DNA of 64,000 bases from NCBI RefSeq assembly GCF_009834535.1, contig NC_045707.1, positions 58,468,001 through 58,532,000 on the forward strand, written 5' to 3'. How positions within the stretch are numbered: position 1 is the first letter of the stretch; each line of letters opens with the position of its first letter. Source of the stretch: Camelus ferus (taxonomy: Eukaryota). Position numbers and translations under genes: made by a program. The notes beneath the pieces were generated by a model that was not told where the DNA came from, did not search any database, and was given only the letters and a program-made list of their open reading frames with translations. This document shows positions 13,761-26,269 of this stretch, in pieces.

Positions 13761-14679
13761 CTTGGAGAGCCAAGGGCTAGCAGAGTGCACTGACTGGGTA
13801 TTCAAATGACGCTTGTTGTATGATAGACTTACTGAGGAGTTTTTGTGCTGTTCTGCAGTAAGACATTTCAGCCTGTCCCTCACTTCTTTTAATTTCAGAT
13901 CTAGCCCCCACCCCACATCTGCTCTTCATGTTTCATTAAAACCACTTTAGTCCTTCAGTCCTAACTGGCTGGGTCTCACATGGTAGGATGATCCAGCTTA
14001 AAGATCCTTCTTACCTTTTTCAGACCAATTTGTTCACCTCTTAGGGATTCAGACTATTTTTATCAATACTGTAATTAAGCATTTTGAAGTATCACAGAAT
14101 TTTATATTGTAACATTCAAGCCTAAAATTATGATGAAGGCTTCTGACATCACAGCCAACTTATTATGCAGATTCTGATCTCGTTAGCTCAATAAGATGCC
14201 AGTTTATTTGCATATGATTGCTTGACCCTGATAGCATGGCCAATTAATTTGCATATCCCTATCTAATTGGCTCAAATAAGTTTTTGCCACTTTATTTGTT
14301 GGCCCAGCTCCCAGACTGGTGTCTTTTAGTCCAAATCAATTGGATTTGGGGTGGTTTTCTCTGTCATGCTTTCAATACCAATGGAAGGGCAGATAAGAGT
14401 GGTGGTCATAAATGTTTAACCGCACCACCTACTGCTTTTGTCCTCTGTCAGAAAAGACTGAAGAAGAAGAAACAATAATTTAGACATGTGGGCAAGGTAT
14501 TTTTCAAGGAAGGGGATACTGAACTAATTAAAAAAAAAAAAAGGGACTTCTTATTTAAGGAAATTCCAATATACAAGGCAAAGGATATATTTACATCACT
14601 GCTAAAAATTCTGATTTGGAATTTGGCTGACCTGGACCTCGGATAAAATTATGATGTAGCATTAAAGCCTCTAAAATGC

Positions 14680-14802
14680 ATTTTCTTTTTCTTATTTTAA
14701 ATTGTGATATAATTGACAAACATTTTAAGTTTAAAGCATACAATGTGTTGACTTAATATGCTTATATATTGCAATAAGATTTCCACCCTAGCTTCAGCTA
14801 AC
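14680..14802 (-). mobile_element. Older L1 3' end fragment (L1MA-like)
   Basis: T tract followed by attgtgatataattgaca...aagtttaaagcatacaatgtgttgactt, an antisense L1 3' terminus pattern. Confidence 0.6.
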
Positions 14803-14819
14803 TGTACATTCTCTATATA

Positions 14820-15007
14820 GTGTAGTTTTCAAATGTAAGATGCATATGAATAACATGGGGGGATGTTTGAAATGCAGTTTCCAGGTTCCCACCTGTAGAC
14901 ACTCAGTGACAGTGTGGTCTGAGGTCGTCCATGAAATCTTAAATTTTAACATGAACTTTGGGTGGTTCTGATATAGATGGAATATCACATCTTGATAAAC
15001 ACTGCTC
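14820..15007. mobile_element. MER5-like hAT-Charlie non-autonomous DNA transposon
   Basis: Starts agtgtagttttcaaa and ends ttgataaacactgct (degenerate inverted termini), with internal aaatgcag..ccagg..cccacc and ttttaaca...ggtggttctgat motifs. Confidence 0.6.
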
Positions 15008-16634
15008 GATGCCTGTGCTCATTCATGGGTTCTGCATGGAATCTAGTGGTTCCCCAAGGTTGGGTGAGTTGCTCTTTCCTAGATGACTTCAACACTTTGA
15101 ATTGGCTCTATTTTCCAACTTCTATTTCTAGGACAGTAGAAATAAGAAGGAAAAACCCATGACAAATTTTTGAAAATTGCGTCTTGAAGAAAGGAAAGGC
15201 ATGTGTGAGGGGGTAGGGCTGGCGGGGTTAGGAAGGCAAGGTGAATCTTCCTGGTTTGGGCGTCAGGGGCTTATCTGCACACAGGCAGTCTCTCATAAAG
15301 CGATGGTGACTCTTGTACCACCGTGTACCCCTCCATGAGTCTCCCCCATCATCCCTCTCGAGTAGTTGCTATCGTTTGTGAATTCCATCGCCCTTAATTT
15401 TGGAGACATAGGTGCTTTGTGGGATCTCTGCTCTGACCGCAATCTTTGCTTTTCACTGTATAAATTCCATAGCGATAAGACAGGACTGGGGACAGACAGG
15501 AAGAAGACTAGGGGTGGGGCCTGGGGTGGAAAGCGATGGGGGAAAAGACAGTAAGTAAGGGGGAACACTTTCCACCACACTTTGTCCAACCAGCTCTGAG
15601 GATGTCCTTGATCTGATCCCCCTTGTAGCCACCTGCCCAGCAGCTTGATCTTCAGCAGACAGCTGGAACGGGTCCATGTGACTTCAGTCCTTCCTGCTTT
15701 CCCCAGCATTCTCCTCCTGCCAAGGCTTGACATGTTTTTGGTGTTCTCACAGTTTAGGTAAATACAAACCCTATCAGAGTTGCAGTGCTGCAAATTGTTA
15801 TCCTTATCTGTTTGCCATGGTTCCCAGTACTACAGACACGTAGAAAAATTTCAAAAGGATTATGTTCTAGCTTCAGGGGAAGAGGGAAATGCAACGGTCT
15901 TTGAGACGTTCTATGTTGGGGAATTGGAGAACCTGGACTTCGGTCCCAGCTATCCTGTCTACAAATCAGGTGACTTCGAGTGTCAGTTTTCACAAAAGCA
16001 GTTGCCAGTAGTGAATGCCACCTTCTCCGTGCCAGACATGGAGCAGGATGACTTACGTCTCTAAGCTTCAATTTTCTGAGAATATCACCTTCAGAAACTA
16101 CCTCCCAGGTCTATCATGAAGACCACATGAAAAAACCAAGTTATAAAAGGTTTTCTAAATTAGGAAAGTGTGATAATGACTTCTTAACAGTTGAGAACAA
16201 TGTTCATATTTAAGTTGAAAAACAGACCTTCTCCTTAATACAGAAACTTAAAAGCTTATGATCATTTCCATTTTGCTGATTCAGAAGTTGTGTCTTTGCT
16301 TCAACAGTTACTGTACTTGTTGGGAAACTGTCAGAGTTTTGTTTAATTTGTGATAGAAAGCTCAAATTGAACTTACAATCTTGACACTCCTCATTAAACC
16401 TGTACTCAGAAGTCTCAAATTTCTAGGATGACACACACAAAAAAGACAAACGAGTATCTGTGCGTCATGGGGCCAAGGAGGTAGGAAGAAGCTACTTAGT
16501 TATTTCTGACTTGAGCGTCTACACAGGTATAAATTCAAACATAAAAATTACACAGCTAGAAAATGTAAGACATATACCCTCATACTTTTAGGAATCCTTA
16601 ACTTTTTTGATGCTTGCAGTTTCTTAGATCTCTT

Positions 16635-16991
16635 TGCTATAGGTTGAATGTTAATGTTCCCCTAAAAATTCATACATTGAATCAGAGACCCTAATGCAAT
16701 GGCTTTTGGAGGTGGGACCTTTGGGAGGTGATTAGGTCTTGAGGGTGGAGCCCTCATGGATGAAATTAGTGACCTCATAAAAGAGACTCCAGAGAGCTCC
16801 CTTGTTCCTTCCACCGTGTGACAACGCAGAGAAAACACCAGCTATGAACCAGGAAGCAGGTTCTCACCAGACAGTGAGCCTGCTGGCACCTTGATCTTGG
16901 ACTTAACAGCCTCCAGAGCTGTGTGAACTTTCTCTTTACAAGACACCCATGTTACGGTATCCTGTTATAGCAGCCTGAATGAACTAAGGCA
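16635..16991 (+). mobile_element. MaLR solo LTR (MLT1A-like)
   Basis: TG...CA termini; hallmark motifs ggaggtgggacctttgggaggtgattaggtc..gagggtggagccctcatg, tgctggcaccttgatcttggactt..cagcctccaga and gttatagcagcctgaa..gaactaag. Confidence 0.88.
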
Positions 16992-17739
16992 TTTTTCATG
17001 TCCTCCCTCTCTTTTAACCAAAAGGAAACATTTCTTATTTGAAGGGAGATGTACTCCAAATGTACAGATGAATATTAAGGTGTGGTTCCTAGGCAGAAGG
17101 CTTGATTTTTTTCTCTAAGTACAGGGCAAAAAAGCTATTCATTTCCTACTGCATCAACTTGCTCCTGAAGAACAGCCTTGAAGCCTGAAAGATTCAACAT
17201 TTCAGTACAAATAGCTAGATTCAGAAACACTGACAGTTGCTCACAAGTACTTGAGAGTTGTAATGTGAAGCATGACAGTTCAGGGGTCTGCTGTAGGTAT
17301 GTGGATGGTCCAGTCAAGACTGTCACTGTAAAGTAAGAGTTGGGTTTCACATGTTTTTCTCTTTTGGGTTTATGATAGAGGCAAAATCTTAGGGCAATTC
17401 ATTTTGAATTAACACAGTAGAAAAGAAAGAAACCAACCCTGTTAAAGGGTAGTAAGAAATTAGTTTTTAAAATGTTTCCATTTCTTATTTTCAATCTTTT
17501 TTGTTGATGAATTCCATACCTCATCTGAATTCCATACCTTGTCTTAATTCACTATTGGGTCTGTGCAAAACATGAGTCTACTGCACCATTTCCTCTGAAC
17601 TGAGCAGCCAACCCCATCAAACTTTCTTTTCTTTCCACTGAATCAAGCAATTGGTTAAACTGTCCATTGGCTGCTTTCACATTTTGCATATTTAGCTTAG
17701 GATTCAATAGCATTACTAATAGAAATAATTACAGTAATA

Positions 17740-17901
17740 TCCAGTGAGCTTGTTAGTCTGCTCTCATTTATTTCTCACAATAACCTTATAAACAAGAGTC
17801 TCTTATTACTCCCACTTCACAGATAATGCAACTGAGGCTTAGAAAGCTAGGTAACTTATCCAATGTCAAATGGCTGGCAGTGGCAGACTGAGATTTAAAT
17901 G
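17740..17901 (-). mobile_element. MIR SINE
   Basis: ttctcacaataacc...cccacttcacagataatgcaactgaggcttagaaag..ggtaacttatccaa. Confidence 0.7.
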
Positions 17902-19129
17902 CTGGCAAAAAAACCCCCACTTGGGTTCCAGTTAACTAGCCATTTTCCAGCAAATGTAGTTTGGTATTGGAATTACCTGGAATGATCTCATTATATAACT
18001 TTGGTCTCCTCGGACATAGGTCAACGTACTTTGAGACAGACCATCTAAGTGCTCAAAGTTATTTTAATGGTAAATAGGTTAAACAAATTTGAAATGCAAG
18101 ACTTGTTTTTTCCAGGCCATAGCTCCTTTGTAAATAATTCATTATTCCTTCAGCAGCTCTGCTCAGTGCTACCAGTCAGTGCAGGCACTTTGGGTGCATA
18201 AATATAGGGCACAGTCTAGTGAGAGAAGAGTGATATTTGAAGGGTGTAAACAACTACTGGCATTAAAAAAAAAAAAAAAAGATTCGTTGTTCTGGGATAT
18301 GTCAAAAAAGGCTTCATGGAATCCTCCACCTAAAATGCTCTCTCTTCCAGGCACCCCATGGCTCACTTCCTCACCTCCTCCAGGTTGCTGCCGAAATGGC
18401 ATCTACTCACGAGGTTTTCTCTGACCACCCCATTTAAAACTCCTCCCAACCTTCCTTATCCTGCTGCCCTGCTGTGCGTCCTTTGTAGCACTTAGCACCT
18501 CTTCCCGTACCTTGTGCTCTTCTTATTTTTGAGCATCCTGTCGCATTTTCCCCCATGCTACAAGGTAAGCTGGAGGGGGGCAGGGTTCTTTGGTGGTTTT
18601 GTCCACTGATGTGAACCTAGTTTCAAAACAATGCCTAACACAGTGTAGGGAAGCAATGCATGGTTGTTCAATGAATGAAGGAAATAAGACTTGAGCTGGA
18701 TCCAAAGAATGGATAGGATTTAGCTAGACTTTGGATGGAAGAGAATTCCAGGGGAAGGAACTGACCAAAGAATGGAGGCAGCAAATGACATAGGCTGTTT
18801 GGAGACAAGTATTTGGTCACCTTGGTTAAAATACAGAAATATGGTGAGGTCTGGAAGAATCTATATCACGTAGACCTCAGTGATGATGACTTAATTTCAC
18901 AGGCAGCAGGGAGCCCTTAAGATGAGGACTCTTTAAGGATATTAAGACTTTAAATAGCCTTAATTTAATATTTAACAATTGAGCCAAGTCATTCCAGGCA
19001 ATTCAGATTTAGGGATGAAACCAGGTTGGGTCGTTCCTGAAGCTAATGTAATTGTAAACCCTGGCAAAACAGCCCACTTTGGTTCCAATTAACTAGCCAT
19101 TTTCAGTAAATGTAGGTTGATGTTTGGAA
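17902..19129 (+). repeat. Diverged direct repeat of about 70 bp (copies at 17902-17972 and 19061-19129)
   Basis: ctggcaaaa..cccactt(g/t)ggttcca(g/a)ttaactagccatttt(c)cag(c/t)aaatgtag(t/g)ttg occurs twice. Confidence 0.85.
18290..18682 (+). mobile_element. L2 3' end
   Basis: ggctcacttcctcacctcctccagg, ttttctctgaccacccc, and aacaatgcctaacacagtgtagg..gttcaatgaatgaa tail. Confidence 0.72.
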
Positions 19130-19789
19130 AAAAGTAAAGAATAGAGTCAAGAATATAAAGTTAGAAACAGTAAATTAGATGTGACCTCTGGCCTGGCCCC
19201 TTTCAGGCCACAGTGCTAAGTTAGTCCACTGGGTGGCAGGAGTCATCCCAGAAGTCCTTCCTTCGCTGAGATGCCCAGCAGTAACCAAACTACCCAGAGA
19301 TACGAGTACAGGCCATGTGAATACGTTCTACCAGGGACAGCGTCCCTGGGCTCAATCTCAAAAATGCCTGTAGCCTCTCTGAGGCCACCAAACAGCAAGA
19401 GAGATGGATGATGGAAGAGAAGTCAGAGTGTCAGGAGGCACAAACTGTGACAAACAAGTTGTAGTTGCAATTTCTTTCTATGACCAGGGGAACTCATTTC
19501 TGGGACCTTGGAAGAGAAGACTGAACAAATAAGGGAGCCTGAAGTTCCAGCTGGCATCATGGGAGAGCTGCTTCTGGACCTCTGAGGAAGGGTATCAGGT
19601 GAACTGGGAGGAAGACCACTAGGCACAGGTGATGAGATGGTTGGCACGAGAGTCTGGAAAGGACGGGGAGAGAGAGGATACGGAGGAACCCTGTAATTAG
19701 AGCTGGCTGCTGAGCCAAGGGAAGGAGAAAGGTCAAAAGTGTCTGAAGTCATCACTCAGGATACTAAACAGAAATCTGGGCGTGAACTG

Positions 19790-20200
19790 CTCTTGTGCCT
19801 AAAAATTTCTCTGCACGTTAAATACTCTGTTGTTTTAGGTTTAAGTGCTTGGTATTTATTACCATCATTGATGTTCAAATTATCACATCTTTGGCCAGCA
19901 GAAGCCTCTTCACGGAGGCTCCTAAGTCTTGTGACATGACCCCCTTAAGTCTTCCATAGTTGCCATGCTTTCTGGTAAGATGAGATTTCTGGGCTTGTTT
20001 TGTATAGTTCCTGGGCCATACCTGGAATCTTCCATTTCTCCAGTAAGGCCCAGATTCTCTTAGTGAGAAACTGTATTTTCAAACCATATCTGACTCTCTG
20101 GACGCTCACTGCTACTGGGTCAGTCTTTCTTTCTAGGCTTTTTCCATGGACAGTGCCAGGAAAGCTGTATGTCTACAGGCATGTGTGCATGTATATGCAT
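19790..20200 (-). mobile_element. Ancient L1 3'UTR fragment (L1MC4/5-like)
   Basis: gatgttcaaattatcacatctttggccag, cctggaatc..ccatttctccagtaagg and gctcactgctactggg...tctaggc...ggacagtgccagg. Confidence 0.65.
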
Positions 20201-21351
20201 ATATTCTGCACCTTAGGCACGATAAATACTCTAGGTCTTTGAAAGAAACTGACCATTGTTTTAAATTTGCTCTGTTCGGCTCCTAGGCAGTGAAAGCAGT
20301 GCATTTTAAAGTGGGGTCTTAGTGACATGAAAGAGGTGGTGCAGCTTCCCCAGGCGACTGACTTATCAACAGCAATAAACTTGGGCACCGGGAGAATCTG
20401 GATGGCAAATTAGTGGTTCAGGAAGTGGAAATGTAGCTGTAGCGTTTTTTAGCTGTTAGGCTTCAGAATATAAAATCGCCATGATGCATTAGAGTGGCTT
20501 TGGAAATCTGCAACATTTTTATTAGAGAGATCACTGAATACCCAGTAATGTTGGTTCTAACTCCACCACCACAGTGACAGCTAGACACTATTTAGGGTGA
20601 CCCTGTGACATAGCAAGAACATTTCTCACACTTGAGTGATTTATTAGAAAAGCAAAAACAGAACTGATTTGATCACACAGAGAAGAAAATAAAAACTGGG
20701 CTCAGCTATGGAGATGACAAGTTCTTGTGCTGACTGCTTTTGAGCAAGAGTATACTTTGCTTTTTTTTTTTTTTTTTTAAAAAAAAAACCTAAAATTGGG
20801 TTCTAGAGAACTTCAAATCCCAAAGTCTCCCCCATCCCCAATATAAGCTGTAAAAAAAAAAAAAAAAAAAAAAAGCATTACCATGAGGATTCCCTCTCCA
20901 CCAGGTGTTACTGTTCACATATATTTGAAATGCTGACTGTTCAATGAAACACCGTTGTTAAAAACTGTTAGGCTATATTTGATACATTTGCCTAATATGT
21001 AATTCTTTATAAGTATTTACCTAATAAATCTCAGATAAAAACTATCTTTCATATCATAAATTTTGAAAAAAAGAAAAACCAAAAAACAACCCACGACAAA
21101 ATTACAAGTGGTCATAAGAATTGCCTTTCAAAAGAGCAGCAAAAACATTCAGCTTTCAGTGGTGTAGGACTGACAATTGATACTTTGGCTATGAAGGAGG
21201 CAAATAGGTTACATCTTCTATGCCAATTCCAATAAACTGAGACTGGCTTCCCGGGGCTCTGTGGTGGGATGAATCCTGAGACTGCTTCCAGGCTCCGTAG
21301 GAAAGAGAACTGTGATCAGTTAAGGAGCGGGGAGTCGTGGCATGTGTGCTA

Positions 21352-21537
<186 letters not shown>

Positions 21538-22903
21538 CTATGAAAACCAATAAGAAAGTGTAAGTCATTTTCCAAACAAAAGTGACTGTAGTTTGTACAT
21601 ATACATTGTAAACTCAGGGAGGAGGACTATGACAATTAGACTGAAAACTCTTGGCATTAACCAGTAGTCGTGCGTTCACTAAGGTATCAGGAGTGGTTGG
21701 AACCCATTTCAGTTTTTAAATAGCTCATTTATACTTCAACATTCATCAAAACATATCCATAATTCAATGGTTCAGGAGATGAGACCAAGATGACATTTTT
21801 AGAGACTGCATTCTGAATAGTACTGCCAAACTCCTGGCAAAAATTCGTAACTTGATTAAATAGCTTTGAAAAGAACCTAACATTCTTTGGGTAGAATCAA
21901 CCTACTTAATTTTTTTTTTAACATTTCAAAATAGGGTTATGTCTAATACTTGGTATTTAGATTTTTGAATAGAAGACTTGCATTTGTGTTATACTTAAAT
22001 TCTATTTATTGATGAGAAATTCTAAATTACTAATAGCAGAAATACAACAAAGTGTAAGTTTTTTCACTTTTAGTTGTACTCATCTCAAGTGAGGTCTAAC
22101 TGCGTTTTTCTTTATCCTAAAATGTGTAAAAAAAAAAATCTAAGTGGTAGGTTAAAACCCAAATACATAGTAATGCAAAGTTTCTCAAACCCTCACATGA
22201 TTTAATTGGTGCCATATTTCAGTTCCAAGAACATCCACCAGTCCTATGCCTGAATATTTCTGAACAACTGATAAGTATTTAAAATGATGATGTTATATAG
22301 AGAACTTGTACCTTTCTCAGAAAAGAGACCTATGTGTTCTCCCACCTTAAGTGTCTTACTCTTGAGGATGACTAAAAACCATGGTATCGAACACGTGCAA
22401 AATTTCTGCATTCATATTTATAAGCAAGAGGGTGTGGAGTTGTATTCTTGGATGCCGGAGGCTCTCCATTGCTCTCTGGCATGGGGATGAAGGGTATAGA
22501 TGGCAAATCAGGGTTGATTTTTTAGTATCTTCCCCTCACCCCCAAACAGTGATTCCAGAGAAGGTAATGGTTGTGTCAGACCTCCATACCGCATTCTGAT
22601 GTTAGAAGTCTATCTGCAGAAGCCATATCCTCAGGTCCTCTCCTGTTAAACTCTTAATAGGACTGTTTTGGGCCTTATCTGTAACTTGATGTTGTGTTAA
22701 ATTGGCTAACTTAGCCGGAGTCTCCACTGCGGAGATTCCTGTGGGGGTAGTCATTAAATCCATCTTTGAAAAAGGAAAGGGTATCTACCTATGACATGAT
22801 TTATCTATAGGTGAGAAGTAATATATTCAATGTGTGTGTGAGAACTGGTACCTCTTTCTGCTTAATCAAAGTAATACTTTAATTGAAAACATTACCACAT
22901 AGA

Positions 22904-22992
22904 AGGGTGGGTATAGCTCAGCGGCAGAGCGCATGCTTGGAGTCCCGGGTTCCATCCCTAATACCTCCATTAAATAAACAGACAACCCCCCC
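22904..22992 (+). mobile_element. tRNA-derived SINE, vic-1-like, with a short internal deletion
   Basis: gggtgggtatagctcagcggcagagcgcatgctt..gtcccgggttccatccctaatacctccattaaataaa; aacattac occurs on both sides (probable TSD remnant). Confidence 0.8.
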
Positions 22993-25900
22993 GAACATTA
23001 CAGCATGTGTGTATAGCCTCGGTTCTTTCATTCCTTGAGTTCTCAGAGCATCTTACCCATTGTCTCTTAGGTTACTAAGGACTTTTTTTGTCTGATTGCA
23101 CATGTCAATTCCCCACATGACTATAAACTCCTTGAAGACAAGGTCCTTCCCTGAATTATTACTTTCCACACATTTTCAGAAAGTAAATACATGGAGATTT
23201 AGATGATTCTCCCATTTTGAATTACCCAGGTCGTACCTCCCTTCCATTAGTGTAGATAATAGAGAGTTACTTCTAATGTGCTAAATTCACCTGAAGTGCC
23301 TACTCACCCCTAGGAATTAATTTACACATCAGGAGAATCTAGTGGAAAAAATTACTTTTCACAGTCTCTGAAAATACAGAATGGGTGTCAGTAGCACAGA
23401 AATTAATACAAAGTACAGACAAATTCATCTGAACTTTAGGAGACAAGAGAAATGGAAATGAATGAAATTGCTGTTCAAAAATGCTCATTAGGAGGGTTCT
23501 TTTTTGCAGGATTCTGTCTGTTCGCCACAATCGCCTCTCTGGGGAGCTTATTACTGGCAGTCACCAGAGCAATGACTACCTCTCGGTTATCTTACCTATA
23601 TTCGCTCCCATCCAGTAGAGTTTTGCTTAGTCAGGAAATTTATCTAGAGTGACTTTAGTCCCTTCTGCCTAATCAAATTACCCCTAACTATTCAGCCCTA
23701 GTCCAAGCTCCAAATCTTTAATGATAAAGTACCTCCTTACGATGCCAGCCCACGTGGATTTCTGCTGCTGATTGCCTTATAGCCAGGAGTATGGTGCTTA
23801 GGGATGTTTTTTCTGTTTCTTTCATATAGGTGAGTTCCTTTCACTCTAAACTCCAGAACAGGGGTTGTACCTTACACTTCTTAATAAGGTGCATAATAAG
23901 GGCTTATAAATCACTGCTGGCTGATTGCATTGAAGTGAGAACCTCACTCACCTTTTGCTTTGTACACAGCACAGACACCAGTGTTCTATCAAAAGTGTCT
24001 CTCAGTTTAATCAGCGAGTCAACTAATGAATATATTTGGAGCTCCTTCTTTGTGTCTAGTGCTGTAGATGTAGCTCCTTTCCTAAAACTGGAAATGAAAA
24101 CATTTCTGGACGTGTCGTTTTTATAAGATAATTCCAGGATCCTATAGGGTTGCAGCTGACAGATGAGTGCTTTTGCTGCTGCGATTAGCTCGTGACGGGG
24201 CCTTATTACTATTAGGAACTTCAGCTGTATGTATCATTTATTTCAGTCAATAGCCTTGATCACTGGGTGGAAACTGCCAGTTAGTGTTAGAGAGTTCCAG
24301 CTGTGAGATTCAGAGAAATTAACCTGCTCTTTTAGAATGTGGAGCTGACAATCAGAAAGCACCTTTGTTCTGAGCAGTTTGATAATTCTGATTTTTTTTT
24401 TCAAGTAGCCGCTGAATAGAGTAGACACAAATTAATGACTTAACAGACAACTACAGTAATACCTTTCCTTTCTGAAAAGCATTATAGTTATTGGAACGGA
24501 GGTCATCTCCAATGGATAAATGAAAAGCTTGATTTAAAATGAATATTTACTTGATGACTTTAATAGCACCATCCATTATTTCACGTGTAAAAAGAGGTGT
24601 TTGCTTTAATGACCTTCGCAAATGGGGCTAAGTTCACATGCTTGTTGGAAATGCAGTTCTTTGGAATGAGTTTTTAAAAAGGTACCTGAATTGGCTAAAG
24701 GCTGTGACATTTTAAAAGGACATATTCTATTTATGTTAATTGTAAGATTTTTCTCTGTGTTAAATTAGCAAGAGGTTCTCTGAATAGAAGGTTTTTCTCT
24801 GAGGTTGGGAATCTATTCAGAGCTAACAGACAAATGGCAGTCCAATAATCTCTCAAAATGAAAATCTAGACTATTTGCGTATTCTCTATACGCAAAAATG
24901 CAAAAATGTTATTCATTTGTAAGAAAGGACAATGACAGGCTTTAAATTTTAATAGCAGAACGGGTGGCCTTAAATATATCCTTTGTGTGGTGGTATCTTT
25001 CAAATTCATTTTATTCCCATAACTACTCTCCTACCCCTGAAGTGTCTGCCAAGTCGGTATTTACATCTGATGGTCCAGATGGTCACAGTGTGAGGTGTTG
25101 CTGTGGACGTACCCAGGCTAAAAAGACTGAATCCGGCCTGTGTACAAACGTACAGTAAATTGTTCAGGCGAAGCAGACCGTGTTACTGCTTTTAATACTG
25201 ATTTTTTGTGAGGGTGCTATACAATCTATTAACTTGGTCTTCGTTCAATTATTCATTTATTTCTTATTGAACAGTGGTTGAGTTTCACCAAAGACTCTTC
25301 CAGGTTCTAGTCTAGGTTCCATAGATACCTCGATGAATAAGGTGACCTGAAGTTCAGAGTGTCGTGGAGGGACAAATTCAAACAGAATAACAATATAATG
25401 TGTTAACTGCACCCTATATGAGGCACAGATGCTGTGGGAGCAGAGAAGGTTAAACCTTTCCAGGGTCTAGTGATAGAACTGAGGAAGGAACGAAGGCTTG
25501 ACTTGGAGATGTTTATCCCCAATAATCAGGGTCAGTTTTTCCAGCCACCCCAAATAAACATCCTTTGTAAAATGAATGTGCCTGCCATATAAATGTAGCT
25601 TTAGGGTGCGTCTTCCAGCTCCCCCTTTCAGCCAGAGCTAGTGTATATGGTGGCTGGTGACATGAAGTGTCCTTGAAGTACCTGAGCTGAGATGGGACGA
25701 TTCCACAGGAGTATTCAGTGCGAACCCTGTGAAGAACTGGGCAAGAATGTTCTAGGCACAGGGACGCGTGTGCAAAGTCCTCACTGCTTAAACTCATTAC
25801 TCTTCTATAAGCATAAAACTCATGTTATTCAGTTAAAGACAGATTTCTATTTATGATTTATTATCTTCAAGATTTTTCACAGTTATCTTTAACTTTTATT

Positions 25901-26269
25901 TTAAGAGATACACTTGAAGTCCTACTAGAAATAATAATTAGCAACAGAAAAGTGGATATTCTGAAGTGATCTAAGAATGATGAAAGTAGGAAGTCAAAAT
26001 GCCTATTGAAAGTAACAGCAGAGTGCAGGACAGAGTGACGGAAACATCACCAGACTGAGGCACGGGCATTTCACTTGTTTGTTCATGAAACGTTTTTATT
26101 GGGCATCTCCTGTGTGCCACGCACTGTTCTAGAATCCGGGATACAATAGAGAATGTGAAGTCAATGAACAAAATAAATAGTAAAATAGAAGGCCAAGTAA
26201 AGTAGTTCAAAGAGTCCCTGGCACATAAAATGAACTGTATGAGTGCTTCCTATTAAAACAAAAATCCTG

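Noticed and set aside
15780..16064. 94-aa plus-strand ORF with protein-like composition (YYRHVEKFQKDYVLASGEEGN...)
   Set aside because: It starts at TTG, matches no family I recognise, and its middle (ggagaacctggacttcggtcccagct..gtgactt) resembles a decayed MIR. A BLASTP/PhyloCSF check would settle it.
17508..17540. Short tandem duplications (tgaattccatacct x2; similar ones near 53950, 54630 and 60287)
   Set aside because: Ordinary slippage-type microduplications with no array or spacer structure, so not CRISPR-like.
19226..19239. CTCF-like CCACTGGGTGGCAG
   Set aside because: Mismatch at the highly constrained A of CCACYAG; much weaker than the 28.6/29.7 kb pair.
19320..19346. REST/NRSE-like sequence accagggacagcgtcc; similar half sites near 20144, 36798 and 44199
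   Set aside because: Only one half of the RE1 consensus matches in each case, and the 20144 copy lies in an old L1.
20761..20875. T18-A10 junction and long A run
   Set aside because: Low-complexity homopolymers with no attached retroelement body or TSD recognised.
22904..22970. tRNA-like sequence with A and B boxes
   Set aside because: It is a SINE head with an internal deletion and an A-rich tail, not a tRNA gene.
24874..24896. Perfect 9-bp inverted repeat TTTGCGTAT-N5-ATACGCAAA
   Set aside because: Stems of this length are expected by chance in 64 kb, and it does not extend into a pre-miRNA-like hairpin.
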